In this document: piece by piece, positions 18,074-27,867 of the stretch
Numbering within the stretch: the stretch's first letter is position 1
Layout: the number at the start of each line of letters is the position of its first letter
Assembly: GCA_050953885.1 (NCBI GenBank)
Contig: JBMNNJ010000001.1
Location: 9,137 to 73,136 of the forward strand
Reading direction: 5' to 3'
DNA length: 64,000 bases
Source: Patescibacteria group bacterium
GTDB taxonomy: Bacteria > Patescibacteriota > Microgenomatia > 0-14-0-10-38-17
Notes under the pieces: generated by a model
The model's input: the letters and a program-made list of their open reading frames with translations, nothing else
What the model was told of the DNA's origin: nothing
The model's database searches: none
Program-made: the position numbers and the translations under genes

Positions 18074-19420
18074 TTATTTCCTTTTTAATTTTTCGACGAA
18101 GGGGTAGATTTCCGAAAGAAGATAAAGGGAGCCGGTAACCACCAATGGTTGGTAATTTTTTTTGCCGATTACTTTTTGCGGGTCGGGAGCAATTTCAAAA
18201 TTTTCAAATTTTAATTTTTTTAAAACTTTTTTAATTTTTTCCGGTCCTTCGGAAAGAGCCAGCCAATCTTGGTGACCTTGAAAAAAACGAGTCAAATAAA
18301 TTTTTTCGGCCAAGGGAATAATTTTTGGTAAGGCTTTGGCAAAATCTTTTTTCTTCTTGAAAGCAATTAAAAAATTAAATTTTTGGCCCGGGAAAAACTT
18401 TTTCAGATTTTTTGCGAGGGTGGCGATTTTTTGGGGGTTATGAGCGCCGTCTAAAATGATCATCTGTCCGTTTACTTTTAATATTTCTAAACGGCCGGCA
18501 AAGTGGGCTTTCTTAAGCGTTTGACGGATCTTTTTTTCGTCAAAAGGAAAAAAGTCTTTTTGGGAAAAAAAGGAAACAGCGGAAAGGGCGAGGCTGCAAT
18601 TTTCTGCCTGATGAGCGCCCAAAAGAGCCAGTTCTAAATTTTTGAACTCATAAGGCGGTTGGAAGAAATCAAAAATTGTTTTTTCAGGTGTGGCTTTAAT
18701 ATTTTTAAAATTAATCCCCTTTTTAATAAAAAAAAGCTTGGCTTTTTCTTCGCGGGCAATTTTTTCAAAAATTTTGTTGGCGGCGGGTTTTTGCTTTAGG
18801 GCAAAAACCGTGTTGCCCGGGTGGATAATTTTGGCTTTTTGAAGAGCGATTTCGCCGATGGTTTTGCCAAGCACCTGGGTGTGGTCGAGACCGATTCGGG
18901 TAAGAATGGCCACTTTTTGAGAGTTTTTAATCACGTTAGTGGCGTCATACCAACCACCTAAACCAGTTTCCACTACCGCATAGTCAACTTTCTCCTGATA
19001 AAAAGCTTGGAAGGCGAGAGCGATAAGAATTTCAAAGTAAGTAGGGGAGCCGTAAGGTGATTGGGCCATTTTTTTAATTGCTCCCAGAAGCTGATTAAGA
19101 TAAAAAACAAACTTTTTTTCGCTAATTAATTGGTTGTTAATTTGGACTCTTTCGCGAATATCCACTAAATGAGGCGAAAGGGTGAGGCCGGTTTTAAAAC
19201 CAAAATCGGTAAGGATTTGGCTGGTAAGATAGGCGGTGGAACCTTTGCCGGAAGTGCCGGCGATGTGGATAACTTTAATTTTTTCCTGGGGATTGCCGAT
19301 TAGCTTGAGAAGCAATTTCGTCCGATCCAAGCCCCGCTGGCCGGGGAAAGTATTTTTCTTGCCTTGGGGAATTTGCCGGTAAAGGAAATTTTGCGCTTCG
19401 GAAAAAGTTTTAATTTTCAT
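18074..19420 (-). CDS. folC: folylpolyglutamate synthase / dihydrofolate synthase (Mur ligase family)
   Basis: P-loop HIAGTSGKGST; Mur-ligase middle and C-terminal domains. Confidence 0.8.
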   Translation of the reverse strand: MKIKTFSEAQNFLYRQIPQGKKNTFPGQRGLDRTKLLLKLIGNPQEKIKVIHIAGTSGKGSTAYLTSQILTDFGFKTGLTLSPHLVDIRERVQINNQLISEKKFVFYLNQLLGAIKKMAQSPYGSPTYFEILIALAFQAFYQEKVDYAVVETGLGGWYDATNVIKNSQKVAILTRIGLDHTQVLGKTIGEIALQKAKIIHPGNTVFALKQKPAANKIFEKIAREEKAKLFFIKKGINFKNIKATPEKTIFDFFQPPYEFKNLELALLGAHQAENCSLALSAVSFFSQKDFFPFDEKKIRQTLKKAHFAGRLEILKVNGQMIILDGAHNPQKIATLAKNLKKFFPGQKFNFLIAFKKKKDFAKALPKIIPLAEKIYLTRFFQGHQDWLALSEGPEKIKKVLKKLKFENFEIAPDPQKVIGKKNYQPLVVTGSLYLLSEIYPFVEKLKRK

Positions 19421-19643
19421 TTCTTTTTGAGATTATAGCGTATTTAAAAATAAATGGCTAAATTGTCCAATTGTTAGGCTGTTAAGTTATTACCTTGCCT
19501 CCCTCGGCGGGACAATTCAACAAGAGAACAATTTACCAAGAGGTTTTTTGTCTTTTATCCTTGACTCTTAATACAAAATGCTTGATACATTTTTGGCTTT
19601 TGGGCCGTTTTTTTGCTAAAATAGGAACTGGTTTTTAACCTTT

Positions 19644-19717
19644 TGCCCGGTCGTCTAACGGTAGGACAGGCGGCTCTGAACCGTCTAATCCAGGTTCGAA
19701 TCCTGGCTGGGCAACCA
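19644..19717 (+). tRNA. tRNA-Gln (anticodon CTG)
   Basis: Cloverleaf: acceptor TGCCCGG/CTGGGCA, anticodon stem GGCGG/CCGTC with loop CTCTGAA, T-arm CCAGGTTCGAATCCTGG, 3' ACCA encoded; U1-A72 start is typical of tRNA-Gln. Confidence 0.8.
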
Positions 19718-20296
19718 TTCGACTCGCTACGCTTGCTCATGGCTATAGCCGGAAGGGAATCAGTTCTCAAAGAATTTGACATAACGATTATTTCCTATTA
19801 TTTCCCAGAATTTAAAGAAGAATTGATTGAGAAATTAAGAAAACAAAAGGAGCCAAAAGGGAGGCAGAATTTCTAAAATTAAAAAAGTGTGTTTATCTTG
19901 ATATCTTTCAACACATCAAGAACGTCATCATGTAAATAGTTAACTTTATTTTTCGTTTCTCTTGAATAATCTGCAATATCTGCTACCCAATTCCAAACAT
20001 CCTCAAAATTAGATCGCATATTTCTAATTTGAATAGAAATATAAATTAAAAAGATAAAGAAAATCAACCATCTATTATTTTCAATAAATCTATTAATTTT
20101 TTTATCATAATATTACTATAACATTTTGATATTTTTTAAGATTATACTAATTTAGCTTCCAGAAATGACTCCTCTAGAAGCTAAAACCATAAAGCTAATA
20201 GTCTGTTAGAATATTTATAGAAAAACATTCAAGTAGAATCTCTGACACTGATTGTGAATTTTACGGGCGTAGAAAATTAATTCAATCATTTGAAAA

Positions 20297-21691
20297 ATGA
20301 ATGACCAAATATTAAAAATAATCCGGGGAAAAAAGAATAGTTCTTGGTGGTTAAAATCAGAAAAAAAGGTTATTGACAGATACGGTTATATTTTCCAACC
20401 AGGCAATTTGGGCAATCTGACAAAAGAAGACTTCTTATCATTTTTGCTTGTTAAAAACAATCTTCATTGGGAAGGAATCCATCGCCACCAGGAGTCTATT
20501 ATTTTGGATATGGAGAAACTAAAACGAACATTAACTTTTTTATTGAATGAATCAAAGAGTCTTACTGATCGCCTAAATAGTCTTTCGCCTAAAAATGGAG
20601 AATATTATATTAAGGGTCTTGGAAAAGCTATTATCACCCCAATATTGCTTGTTGTTTATCCTGATAAATACGGGGTTTGGAATCAAAAAAGCGAAGATGC
20701 TTTAAAGAAATTAGAATTATTTCCTGAATTTCAAAGAGGAAATTCTTTTGGGGAAAAATATGCCAAGGTGAACAATGTTTTAAACAATTTAAAAGAAAAA
20801 TATGCGATTAGTCTTTGGCAGCTTGATGGTGTGTTAGGAGAAATTGCTGGCAATGGCCCGTTTGAAATAATTGTTGACGAAGAAAATAAAGAAAAGGAAA
20901 TAGAAAAGAAAGATAAACAACTAATAAGATTTTGTAAATATTGTGGTGAAAGAATTGATGCCGACTCGATATATTGTTGTTTTTGTGGCAGAAAGATAGT
21001 CTCAAAAATAAATGAAAGAAAAAGTTACAAAAGATTGAGCTTTTATTCTCGAGAAGAATTATTAGAATATGCCGAATTTGTTAATAAAAATTATCGTTTG
21101 GGTGATAAAGGACTTTTGTATTACAAAAAAGTAATCGGTTTTCATAAAAAATACGGTGATATCAAAGGGCTTTTGAGAGATGAAGATTTTTTAAAAACTA
21201 TTTATGAGACCCTTAAGGCTTGGAATATGAATCAAAGAGGTGCTAGGTTAAAAAGTCTACCTGAAATTAAAAAATCGATCTTAAATTTAGAGGATGACAT
21301 ATCTTGGCTATCTAATTATGAATTAGACTCTTTAAAAGAAGCCGAACTTGAAGAAGTTCTTAATAAACTTAAAAAGGTTTTTATCAATTTAAAACCAATG
21401 AAATCGAGGACTCAAATCGTAGGTACCTCAAAATTAATGCATTTTTTATTGCCAAATTTAGTGATGCCGATGGATAGAAAATACACCTTAAGTTTTCTTT
21501 CTCTAGGTCATAATTATTGGAAGGATATTAGAGCAGAATTTGATGAATTTAAAAGAGTTTTTATAATATTTTATAGATATGCTGAAAAATTTAGTTTGAC
21601 CGTTGACGATACAGATGATCAAGCCTGGAATCTATCAGTACCAAAAATTATTGACAATGCGATTATTGGTGTTCAGAAATCTAATAATTAA
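20297..21691 (+). CDS. hypothetical protein with central Zn-ribbon (CKYCGERIDADSIYCCFCGRKI), in AT-rich island
   Basis: Long ORF in a visibly AT-rich tRNA-adjacent segment; only the CxxC...CxxC ribbon is recognisable. Confidence 0.4.
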   Translation: MNDQILKIIRGKKNSSWWLKSEKKVIDRYGYIFQPGNLGNLTKEDFLSFLLVKNNLHWEGIHRHQESIILDMEKLKRTLTFLLNESKSLTDRLNSLSPKNGEYYIKGLGKAIITPILLVVYPDKYGVWNQKSEDALKKLELFPEFQRGNSFGEKYAKVNNVLNNLKEKYAISLWQLDGVLGEIAGNGPFEIIVDEENKEKEIEKKDKQLIRFCKYCGERIDADSIYCCFCGRKIVSKINERKSYKRLSFYSREELLEYAEFVNKNYRLGDKGLLYYKKVIGFHKKYGDIKGLLRDEDFLKTIYETLKAWNMNQRGARLKSLPEIKKSILNLEDDISWLSNYELDSLKEAELEEVLNKLKKVFINLKPMKSRTQIVGTSKLMHFLLPNLVMPMDRKYTLSFLSLGHNYWKDIRAEFDEFKRVFIIFYRYAEKFSLTVDDTDDQAWNLSVPKIIDNAIIGVQKSNN

Positions 21692-21712
21692 AAATGACAA
21701 GCATACTATACA

Positions 21713-21752
21713 CTACTACACACCCGATGTGATTTACCCTTTGCACATCGGG
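21713..21752. repeat. CACCCGATGTG hairpin repeat (copy 1, includes 19-bp half-site ctactacacacccgatgtg)
   Basis: cccgatgtg-atttaccctttg-cacatcggg; 21713-21731 is the exact reverse complement of 26421-26439. Confidence 0.65.
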
Positions 21753-21856
21753 ATAAATAGGAGAATCATTTTTTAACCAGAGATTTATTTTTAACTAAGC
21801 CAATTATCAGAAAGAGCTGGAGAAGATTAAACATTTAACCTGGGAAAACTGATTTT

Positions 21857-21890
21857 GCCGATGTGCCATATCTGTTGCATATCGGGTGCG
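21857..21890. repeat. CACCCGATGTG hairpin repeat (degenerate copy 2)
   Basis: gccgatgtgcc-atatctgtt-gcatatcgggtgcg. Confidence 0.5.
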
Positions 21891-21963
21891 CAAGTCCTAG
21901 TTGTTTATTATTACAATGGGTAACGCAAAAGAGGTACTAAGTCAAGCAAGGGAATGGGTAATT

Positions 21964-23037
21964 TTAGATTTTTGTTAGTTCTCTTAAAAATCCTTCGAAT
22001 TGATCAGTTTGAAGGTCTTTGAGTTGTATTCGTGCAATTTTTCCGAATTGCTCGCCTCTGAAGGATACTCTTTCAAATTTGAAGGGCACCTTACTTAATA
22101 CCTTTTCAACGCCTTCTTTGTTTTTACTTGTTACCCAAATTTGAAAACCTCCACCTTCTGCGTCAGGATTTAACGGCAAGTTAATTGAAACTTTGTCATT
22201 AAAGGAAGTAACTGCATAAAAGTTAAGATACTTGGGAGATTTTGCAGATGAAATATTTGGGTAATTAGTCTGGTTACTGTTAATCTTATTCATTAAATCT
22301 AATAATTCAATAACTCGTTTTTCTTCAGGTCTTCCTCTGTAATAACTTAAAAATTCGTCGTCGGTTGGAACTATTTTTGAAGGTGTTGACTTACCGATGT
22401 CTTTTTTAATTTCGGCTCCATATAGCTTAGGAATTAGGATTTCAAAATTCTGATGTTTGTAAAATTCCAATTCAACTGCATAAATTGTAAACTCGCTATT
22501 ATTATTTAAAAAAACAATTAAATCTTTTAATTGAAGAGGGAGATGATCCATTAGGACCACAAACTTAAAGTTACCGTCATTCAAATTTCTTCTGATATTT
22601 TCCAAAAGAATATCGATTTCTTCTTCTGGAATATTAAAAAATTCATTTAGCCTTTGATTTAAAGTTTTGTTAAAATCCTTATTGATGTGTATATTAATTT
22701 GTTCAATAAAATCGGCAAAATCTCGATAGTTTGACCATAACGAAGCACCATAATCCAAAACTTGAGCAACCACAGTTCTTTTATCCGGGTTTTTATAAAG
22801 TTTGGTTTCAACAAGATAAATTTCGCCTTCTTTATCGACCCCTAGGGCATCAATCGGCCCACTGGCTGTATTAAATTCTCGAGCCAGAATCAAAAGCCGA
22901 ATATCTTCTTTAATATCATAAAGAGGAATACTTTCCGGATTATTGTAGATATATTGTTGAAGATGATCTTCTAGCTCGAAGTTACTTTTGTCTATTTTGA
23001 CTGCGTTTTTGCCGTTTCTTGAGATGATAATTGCCAT
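21964..23037 (-). CDS. PD-(D/E)xK nuclease-family protein (NucS/DUF91-like N-terminal domain) with unknown C-terminal domain
   Basis: Motif GPIDALGVDKEGEIYLVETK (D-x(n)-E-x-K) near the N-terminus; AT-rich island; flanked by hairpin repeats on both sides. Confidence 0.45.
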   Translation of the reverse strand: MAIIISRNGKNAVKIDKSNFELEDHLQQYIYNNPESIPLYDIKEDIRLLILAREFNTASGPIDALGVDKEGEIYLVETKLYKNPDKRTVVAQVLDYGASLWSNYRDFADFIEQINIHINKDFNKTLNQRLNEFFNIPEEEIDILLENIRRNLNDGNFKFVVLMDHLPLQLKDLIVFLNNNSEFTIYAVELEFYKHQNFEILIPKLYGAEIKKDIGKSTPSKIVPTDDEFLSYYRGRPEEKRVIELLDLMNKINSNQTNYPNISSAKSPKYLNFYAVTSFNDKVSINLPLNPDAEGGGFQIWVTSKNKEGVEKVLSKVPFKFERVSFRGEQFGKIARIQLKDLQTDQFEGFLRELTKI

Positions 23038-23301
23038 TTTCCCTCCAATTTTTTAATTGCCGGAGGGGATTAACTACAAAAGCTCCCCGTCAGCTGATGG
23101 TTCTTACGGAATCCACCCGCCAATCTTTCGATTGGTAACCTGCAGAAGATAACACTGGCGAAAAGCTTTCGCCTCTTCTGCAGGATTTTCTTGCCATGCC
23201 CAAAGGCTTGCGCCTCTGAGTTTAGACAATATTATTGTTAAGGTGATTATATAAAATTAGGGGTAGCTTTTCAAGTCTTCGTAATGTTCAGTTAACAGTA
23301 A

Positions 23302-23345
23302 TTACGCACCCGATGTGATTTACCCCTTGCACATCGGGTGCGTAA
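23302..23345. repeat. CACCCGATGTG hairpin repeat (copy 3, perfect 16-bp stem)
   Basis: ttacgcacccgatgtg-atttaccccttg-cacatcgggtgcgtaa. Confidence 0.7.
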
Positions 23346-23544
23346 TAGGTGACTCGGAATTTGCTAAGAAAATCGCCTCCGACCTTCCCAGAACAGCCAA
23401 TTTTTTGCTTTTATTATTTTTCTTGACATAAGGCTTTGCTGTTTTGGCATCGGAGAATTGTTTTAATGAGGCTAAAATAAGGCTTTTTGAAAGAAAAAGT
23501 CCTGCTTTTGCGTATAACAATTAGATACCAGTCAGTAAAAGGAG

Positions 23545-23931
23545 GTGAGAAAGATGACAAACAAAAAACTTTTAATAATGGTTTTATTGGCCTTAGGTGT
23601 TGGGATGCTATTTAAAACAACATCCTCTGTTTTTGCCTACCGGGGAGATTCCAATGCTCAGGGTCCGAATTGCACCCAAGAAAGGCATGAGGCGATGACC
23701 AAGGCGTTTGAAAATAATGATTATAACGCCTGGAAAAACTTGAAGCGGGGCAATGGCAGGATAACCCAAGTTATTAACGAGGGGAATTTTGCCAGATTTG
23801 CCGAAATGCGCCGGCTAATGCTTGACGGGAAAACCGAGGAAGCCAATCAAATCAGGGCGGAATTGGGTTTAGGCTTGGGTAATGGTTCAGGCAATGCTCA
23901 GGGAAAGGGTTACGGGAGAAAGAGCCGATAA
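23545..23931 (+). CDS. small secreted protein (signal peptide, Gly-rich C-terminus)
   Basis: Strong SD (aaaggaggtgag) upstream; N-terminal signal-like hydrophobic segment LLIMVLLALGVGMLF. Confidence 0.4.
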   Translation: MRKMTNKKLLIMVLLALGVGMLFKTTSSVFAYRGDSNAQGPNCTQERHEAMTKAFENNDYNAWKNLKRGNGRITQVINEGNFARFAEMRRLMLDGKTEEANQIRAELGLGLGNGSGNAQGKGYGRKSR

Positions 23932-24041
23932 ACTTTTTTTCCAAAAAAAGCTAACGCTCCGCTTTAAAAAAGCGGGGCGTTAGCGGTTGGTAAAAGTCAA
24001 AGAAGATTGTTTTTAGGCAATTTTAGCTATAATAATAAAAG

Positions 24042-24590
24042 ATGGTTAAAATATTAAAATTATCGGACGAACAATTGGTTGATTATATACGGGAAAAAGA
24101 TAAAGAAGCTTATGTTGAAATTGTTAACCGTTACAAGGATAGGCTGGTAAGATATGCGACATATTTAACGGGGGACAGCAACAACGCTTCCGATGCGGTT
24201 CAGGAAGCTTTCATTAAAGCTTACATAAATTTAAACGGCTTTAACACGAAAAAAAAGTTTTCAAGCTGGATTTACCGGATTGTTCATAACGAGGCCATGA
24301 ACTTATTGCGAAGGGATAATAAGGAATTGCCAATATTTAAAGATGTTGATTTTAAAAGCGGTGTTAACTTGGAAGAAGAATTGATTAAAAAAGAGTTGCA
24401 GGCGCATGCCCATCATTGTTTGAGCCAGATGCCGCTTATTTATCGGGAAGTGCTTTCTTTATATTTTCTCGAAGAAAGGTCATATGAAGAAATTAGTGAT
24501 ATTTTAAGAATTCCCATCGGCACGGTTGGAACCAGAATTAACAGGGCTAAAGTTTTGATGAAAAAAATATGCCAAAAAACAAAAAAATAA
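24042..24590 (+). CDS. RNA polymerase sigma-70 family ECF sigma factor
   Basis: Region 2 (YLTGDSNNASDAVQEAFIKAY...FSSWIYRIVHNEAMNLLRR) and region 4 HTH (SYEEISDILRIPIGTVGTRINRAK). Confidence 0.8.
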   Translation: MVKILKLSDEQLVDYIREKDKEAYVEIVNRYKDRLVRYATYLTGDSNNASDAVQEAFIKAYINLNGFNTKKKFSSWIYRIVHNEAMNLLRRDNKELPIFKDVDFKSGVNLEEELIKKELQAHAHHCLSQMPLIYREVLSLYFLEERSYEEISDILRIPIGTVGTRINRAKVLMKKICQKTKK

Positions 24591-25102
24591 CGAGATCATC
24601 GGCTGATAAAGCAGACTTGGGAGAAAAAGTTATGGCTAAAATTAGGTCGGGGCAGGTGAAGATGAAGCCGAAGTGGCTTTTTATCACCGGTTCGGTCCTG
24701 AGTTTGGCGGGCTTGATTGGTTTAAGCGTCAGCGCCGTATTTTTAATAAATATTGTTTTTTTCTTATTAAGAAAACATGGCTCGATGGGTCATTGGCGTT
24801 TGGAATTAATGCTTAATTCTCTCCCTTTTTGGGTACCGCTGGCGGCGATTATTTGCCTTGTGGGTGGTATTTGGCTTTTGAAAAAGTACGATTTTTCTTA
24901 TAAGAAAAATTTCACCCTAATCATTCTTGGTTTTATTTTTTCAGTTATTATCGCCGCCTGGCTGGTGGATGCCATTGGTTTAAATGAAAGATTACTGAAA
25001 GGGGGCCGAATGAGAAGGTTTTATCAACAGCTGGAAAAACAGGAGGAGACATTACCACGCGGGAAGGGAAACGGATTATATAGAAAAAATATCCAAAAAT
25101 AA
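24569..25102 (+). CDS. membrane protein, putative anti-sigma factor
   Basis: Overlaps the sigma gene stop by 22 nt; three predicted TM helices. Confidence 0.45.
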   Translation: MPKNKKITRSSADKADLGEKVMAKIRSGQVKMKPKWLFITGSVLSLAGLIGLSVSAVFLINIVFFLLRKHGSMGHWRLELMLNSLPFWVPLAAIICLVGGIWLLKKYDFSYKKNFTLIILGFIFSVIIAAWLVDAIGLNERLLKGGRMRRFYQQLEKQEETLPRGKGNGLYRKNIQK

Positions 25103-25189
25103 TTTTTTATTTCGGAATTTAAAATTATTACCCCCAGCGGTGAATCATTAAGGCAATGAAGCGTGAGAAGTAATTAAAAAGGAGAAAGA

Positions 25190-26176
25190 TTAGTGCTTTT
25201 TTATTTCAATTACGCTGGAATTTTTTTTCGCTTTTATCCTTATCGTTCCGCCAACAGGGAAAGTGATTTTGGGGTCAGTATGGCCAAAATCAACTCCTGC
25301 CAAAACCGGTAAAGAAGACAGTTCTTTTTTGGTTTTGATAATTTGCCGAAGCATTTTATTGTTTATCCTGCTTTTCTTTTGAAAACGGCCAATCACCAAG
25401 CCTTTAACTTTTGAGAATTCCGGCAAGTGAATGATTGATTGTAAGTCTCGGTCAAAGTGGTAAGGATTTGATTCCTCATCGTCTTCAAGAAAGAGGATTG
25501 CTTTTGAGAGAGAGGGGAAAAACGGTGTTCCCTGAAGGAGATTAAAAGAGCAAAGATTGCCTCCTAAAATTGTTCCCTCTGCCCTGCCTTCGTTTAAAAC
25601 TAACCAGCCTTGGTTGGGAATAAGTTTTCTTTTTTCTTGGTTTTTATACCAAGGGTCATCGCTCCAAAATTGGCTGGGTTCAATCCTAAAAGGCTTTTTG
25701 GAAAAAAGACATTTTTTAAAGTAATTAAGGGTATAATCAAAATAAAGCTTTTGGCCGAAGGTAGAGTAATGAGGGCCGGAGTAGGTTATCAGACCGGTTT
25801 TGGCTAAAATAGCATTACTCAAAACGCTAATATCAGAAAATCCGCAAAGAATTTTAGGATTATTTTTGATTAACTGCCAGTCAATGTAGTCGAGTAATTG
25901 ATTGGAATTAAAACCGCCGATAACGGTTAATATTGCCTTAACGTTCTTGTCACGAAAGGCTTCGTGCAAATCCTCAATTCTTGAGCTAATTGAAGAGGAA
26001 GAAAAATCATCGCTTTCTTCAACGTGTTTGCCAAAAGAAAGTTTAAAGCCTAATTCTTTAAGCCTTTGGTTGGCAATTTGGCGAGATTCTGCCGAGATTA
26101 TTGACAATGAGCGCGCCGGGGCAATCACTCTTATTTCGTCACCCGCCCTTAGTTTTTCAGGAAAAATTTTCTTCAT
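25190..26176 (-). CDS. ldcA: LD-carboxypeptidase (peptidase S66, LdcA/MccF-like)
   Basis: Motifs GDEIRVIAPA, nucleophile Ser in GFSDISVLS, catalytic His in VDFGHTDP. Confidence 0.75.
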   Translation of the reverse strand: MKKIFPEKLRAGDEIRVIAPARSLSIISAESRQIANQRLKELGFKLSFGKHVEESDDFSSSSISSRIEDLHEAFRDKNVKAILTVIGGFNSNQLLDYIDWQLIKNNPKILCGFSDISVLSNAILAKTGLITYSGPHYSTFGQKLYFDYTLNYFKKCLFSKKPFRIEPSQFWSDDPWYKNQEKRKLIPNQGWLVLNEGRAEGTILGGNLCSFNLLQGTPFFPSLSKAILFLEDDEESNPYHFDRDLQSIIHLPEFSKVKGLVIGRFQKKSRINNKMLRQIIKTKKELSSLPVLAGVDFGHTDPKITFPVGGTIRIKAKKNSSVIEIKKH

Positions 26177-26420
26177 TGAAAAGATTATAGCAAAAATCGC
26201 CGGCAGTGGTTACGGAAATACTATGTAGTATTTCCGTAACCAGGCGTAAATTAGGGGATAGTTCCTCTGATGTGTCTATTTAACCCACACCAGTGTGTTT
26301 ATCTCTGCTGCCGCCAAATTTCGTTTTTTGCTTCGCAAAAAGCGCCGCAAGAAAAGGTGTTGCCCTTGTCCCAGCTCTCCCTTGCGCGGGTAACGATAAA
26401 GAACTCTCTAATTTAGTAAA

Positions 26421-26439
26421 CCACATCGGGTGTGTAGTA
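26421..26439. repeat. half-site cacatcgggtgtgtagtag (inverted partner of 21713-21731)
   Basis: Exact 19-bp reverse complement of 21713-21731; immediately adjacent to IS copy 1. Confidence 0.6.
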
Positions 26440-26479
26440 GCAGGGGGTACTACTTAGTCCACACTATGCGGAGATTAGA

Positions 26480-27592
26480 TTAATTTTGGTGATGTGCCAA
26501 GACATTGTATCCACTCCAAGGGCCTAGTTTTACCGAGACATCATCAAGGATAATCGGTTGTACATAACGTATGTTATCATCAATCTCTGGTAATTGCATT
26601 TTCAGATATTGGTAGGGTATTTGATAGTCTAAGGATGAGTGTTCCCGGACATTGTTGTAGTAATAAATGTAACCCAGGGCCTCATTCAAGAGATCTTTTT
26701 TGCTCTTAATCTGTAGGACCCTGGGAATGTAGAACTCTTCGTCATCGGTTCTATGGCTTCTTTCCAAATGAGCATTCTCCTCAGGATGACCTTTGTGGTT
26801 CTGGATTAATCTACAGCCAAAACCCCTGATCAGTTTTCTTAACTCTTTGACCTTCAACCAGGATCTACCCCCAAATTCCTCACCATTATCAACAGTAAAG
26901 GCAATCTCTGATTTAACCCCATGAGACCTTAACCAGGAAATAGTCCAAAGGTAAAAACACAAACCATTAGTCCAAGATTTTTCCTTGGAATAAGCAATTA
27001 GTTTAAACCTAGAGTTAACATCCAGGGCTCCCCATTGATAGTTGGGAATATCATATTGGTTAAGATGAATAATTTGCTTTTTAGTCAGGGCTTTCTGATC
27101 CCTAATGAATTTGATATCCATTTGGACAATCTCAAAAGGTTTGGCTGAATACCAGTCAACAAACTCCCTTGGTTGTTTTCTTCTCTTGTTTGATTTTAGT
27201 TTGTAAGTAAGCCTGTCTTTATTCCTCCTTAGAATGTGCCTGATTGTTCCTGGAGGAACAAGAATCCCTTCATGTTTCTCAAGGTAGCGTGATAATCTTT
27301 TTGGCCCCAGGTGGGTTTTGTTCTTGGCCTTAATGACTTTACCTTCTGTCTTGGCTGGTGTCTTGTTGGGCTGGTGTTTTGGTATCTTGGGTCTGTCTTT
27401 AAGATTGCCCTCTTTGCTTTTTGCCAAGATGTCATAAACCACTGTCCTGTTGACCCTAAAAACCCTGGCGGTATCAGCAATGTTGTGGCCATTAGTCTTT
27501 AGATACTCAATCACTGTTTGTCTGGCTGCTTCTGGATTAATCTTTCTTAATTCCTTGTAGTCTATCCGGATTCCATGGATTCCAGGACTCAT
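26480..27592 (-). CDS. DDE transposase (N-terminal HTH + rve integrase core), IS481-like
   Basis: HTH (NIADTARVFRVNRTVVYDIL); DDE residues in QMDIKFI, FTVDNGEEFGG, HPEENAHLERSHRTDDEEFY; 100% identical to the first about 367 aa of the ORF at 42099. Confidence 0.8.
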   Translation of the reverse strand: MSPGIHGIRIDYKELRKINPEAARQTVIEYLKTNGHNIADTARVFRVNRTVVYDILAKSKEGNLKDRPKIPKHQPNKTPAKTEGKVIKAKNKTHLGPKRLSRYLEKHEGILVPPGTIRHILRRNKDRLTYKLKSNKRRKQPREFVDWYSAKPFEIVQMDIKFIRDQKALTKKQIIHLNQYDIPNYQWGALDVNSRFKLIAYSKEKSWTNGLCFYLWTISWLRSHGVKSEIAFTVDNGEEFGGRSWLKVKELRKLIRGFGCRLIQNHKGHPEENAHLERSHRTDDEEFYIPRVLQIKSKKDLLNEALGYIYYYNNVREHSSLDYQIPYQYLKMQLPEIDDNIRYVQPIILDDVSVKLGPWSGYNVLAHHQN

Positions 27593-27716
27593 GCTTTTTC
27601 ACCCCCTTTACTACACTCTCAAAATTAACACCCACCAATTTTAACACTCTTCTTACATATTCCTCATACCCAAACCTCATGAAGTGTATAGCATGTCCTG
27701 GACACCGCACATTTTT
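26483..27716 (-). mobile_element. IS element copy 1 (about 1.23 kb, IS481-like, single transposase ORF); boundaries approximate
   Basis: Sequence essentially identical to 41975-43203 in inverted orientation; identity decays at about 26489 and about 27714. Confidence 0.8.
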
Positions 27717-27756
27717 CCCTTGAGGGGAAAGAGGACTTGGAGTAAGATAAAAGCTA

Positions 27757-27867
27757 ATGCCTATTTATAAGCTTAAGGATATTCCCAAGTTGGAAAGGCC
27801 AAGAGAAAAACTAGTCAAGTATGGTCCCCAGTTTTTGGTAAACTCCGAGCTTTTAGAGAGCTTCTAA
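27757..27867 (+). pseudogene. RadC/UPF0758 N-terminal fragment (36 codons then stop)
   Basis: MPIYKLKDIPKLERPREKLVKYGPQFLVNSELLESF* matches the conserved RadC N-terminus (ERPREKL..G...LSD.ELLAI); truncated where the CCGAGG hairpin repeat begins. Confidence 0.45.

Noticed and set aside
23425-23485. Sigma-70 promoter calls (TTGACA at 23425; TAAAAT at 23478) upstream of the small secreted protein gene
   Set aside because: The spacing to plausible partner hexamers is non-canonical, and I cannot verify by eye, so they are left uncalled.
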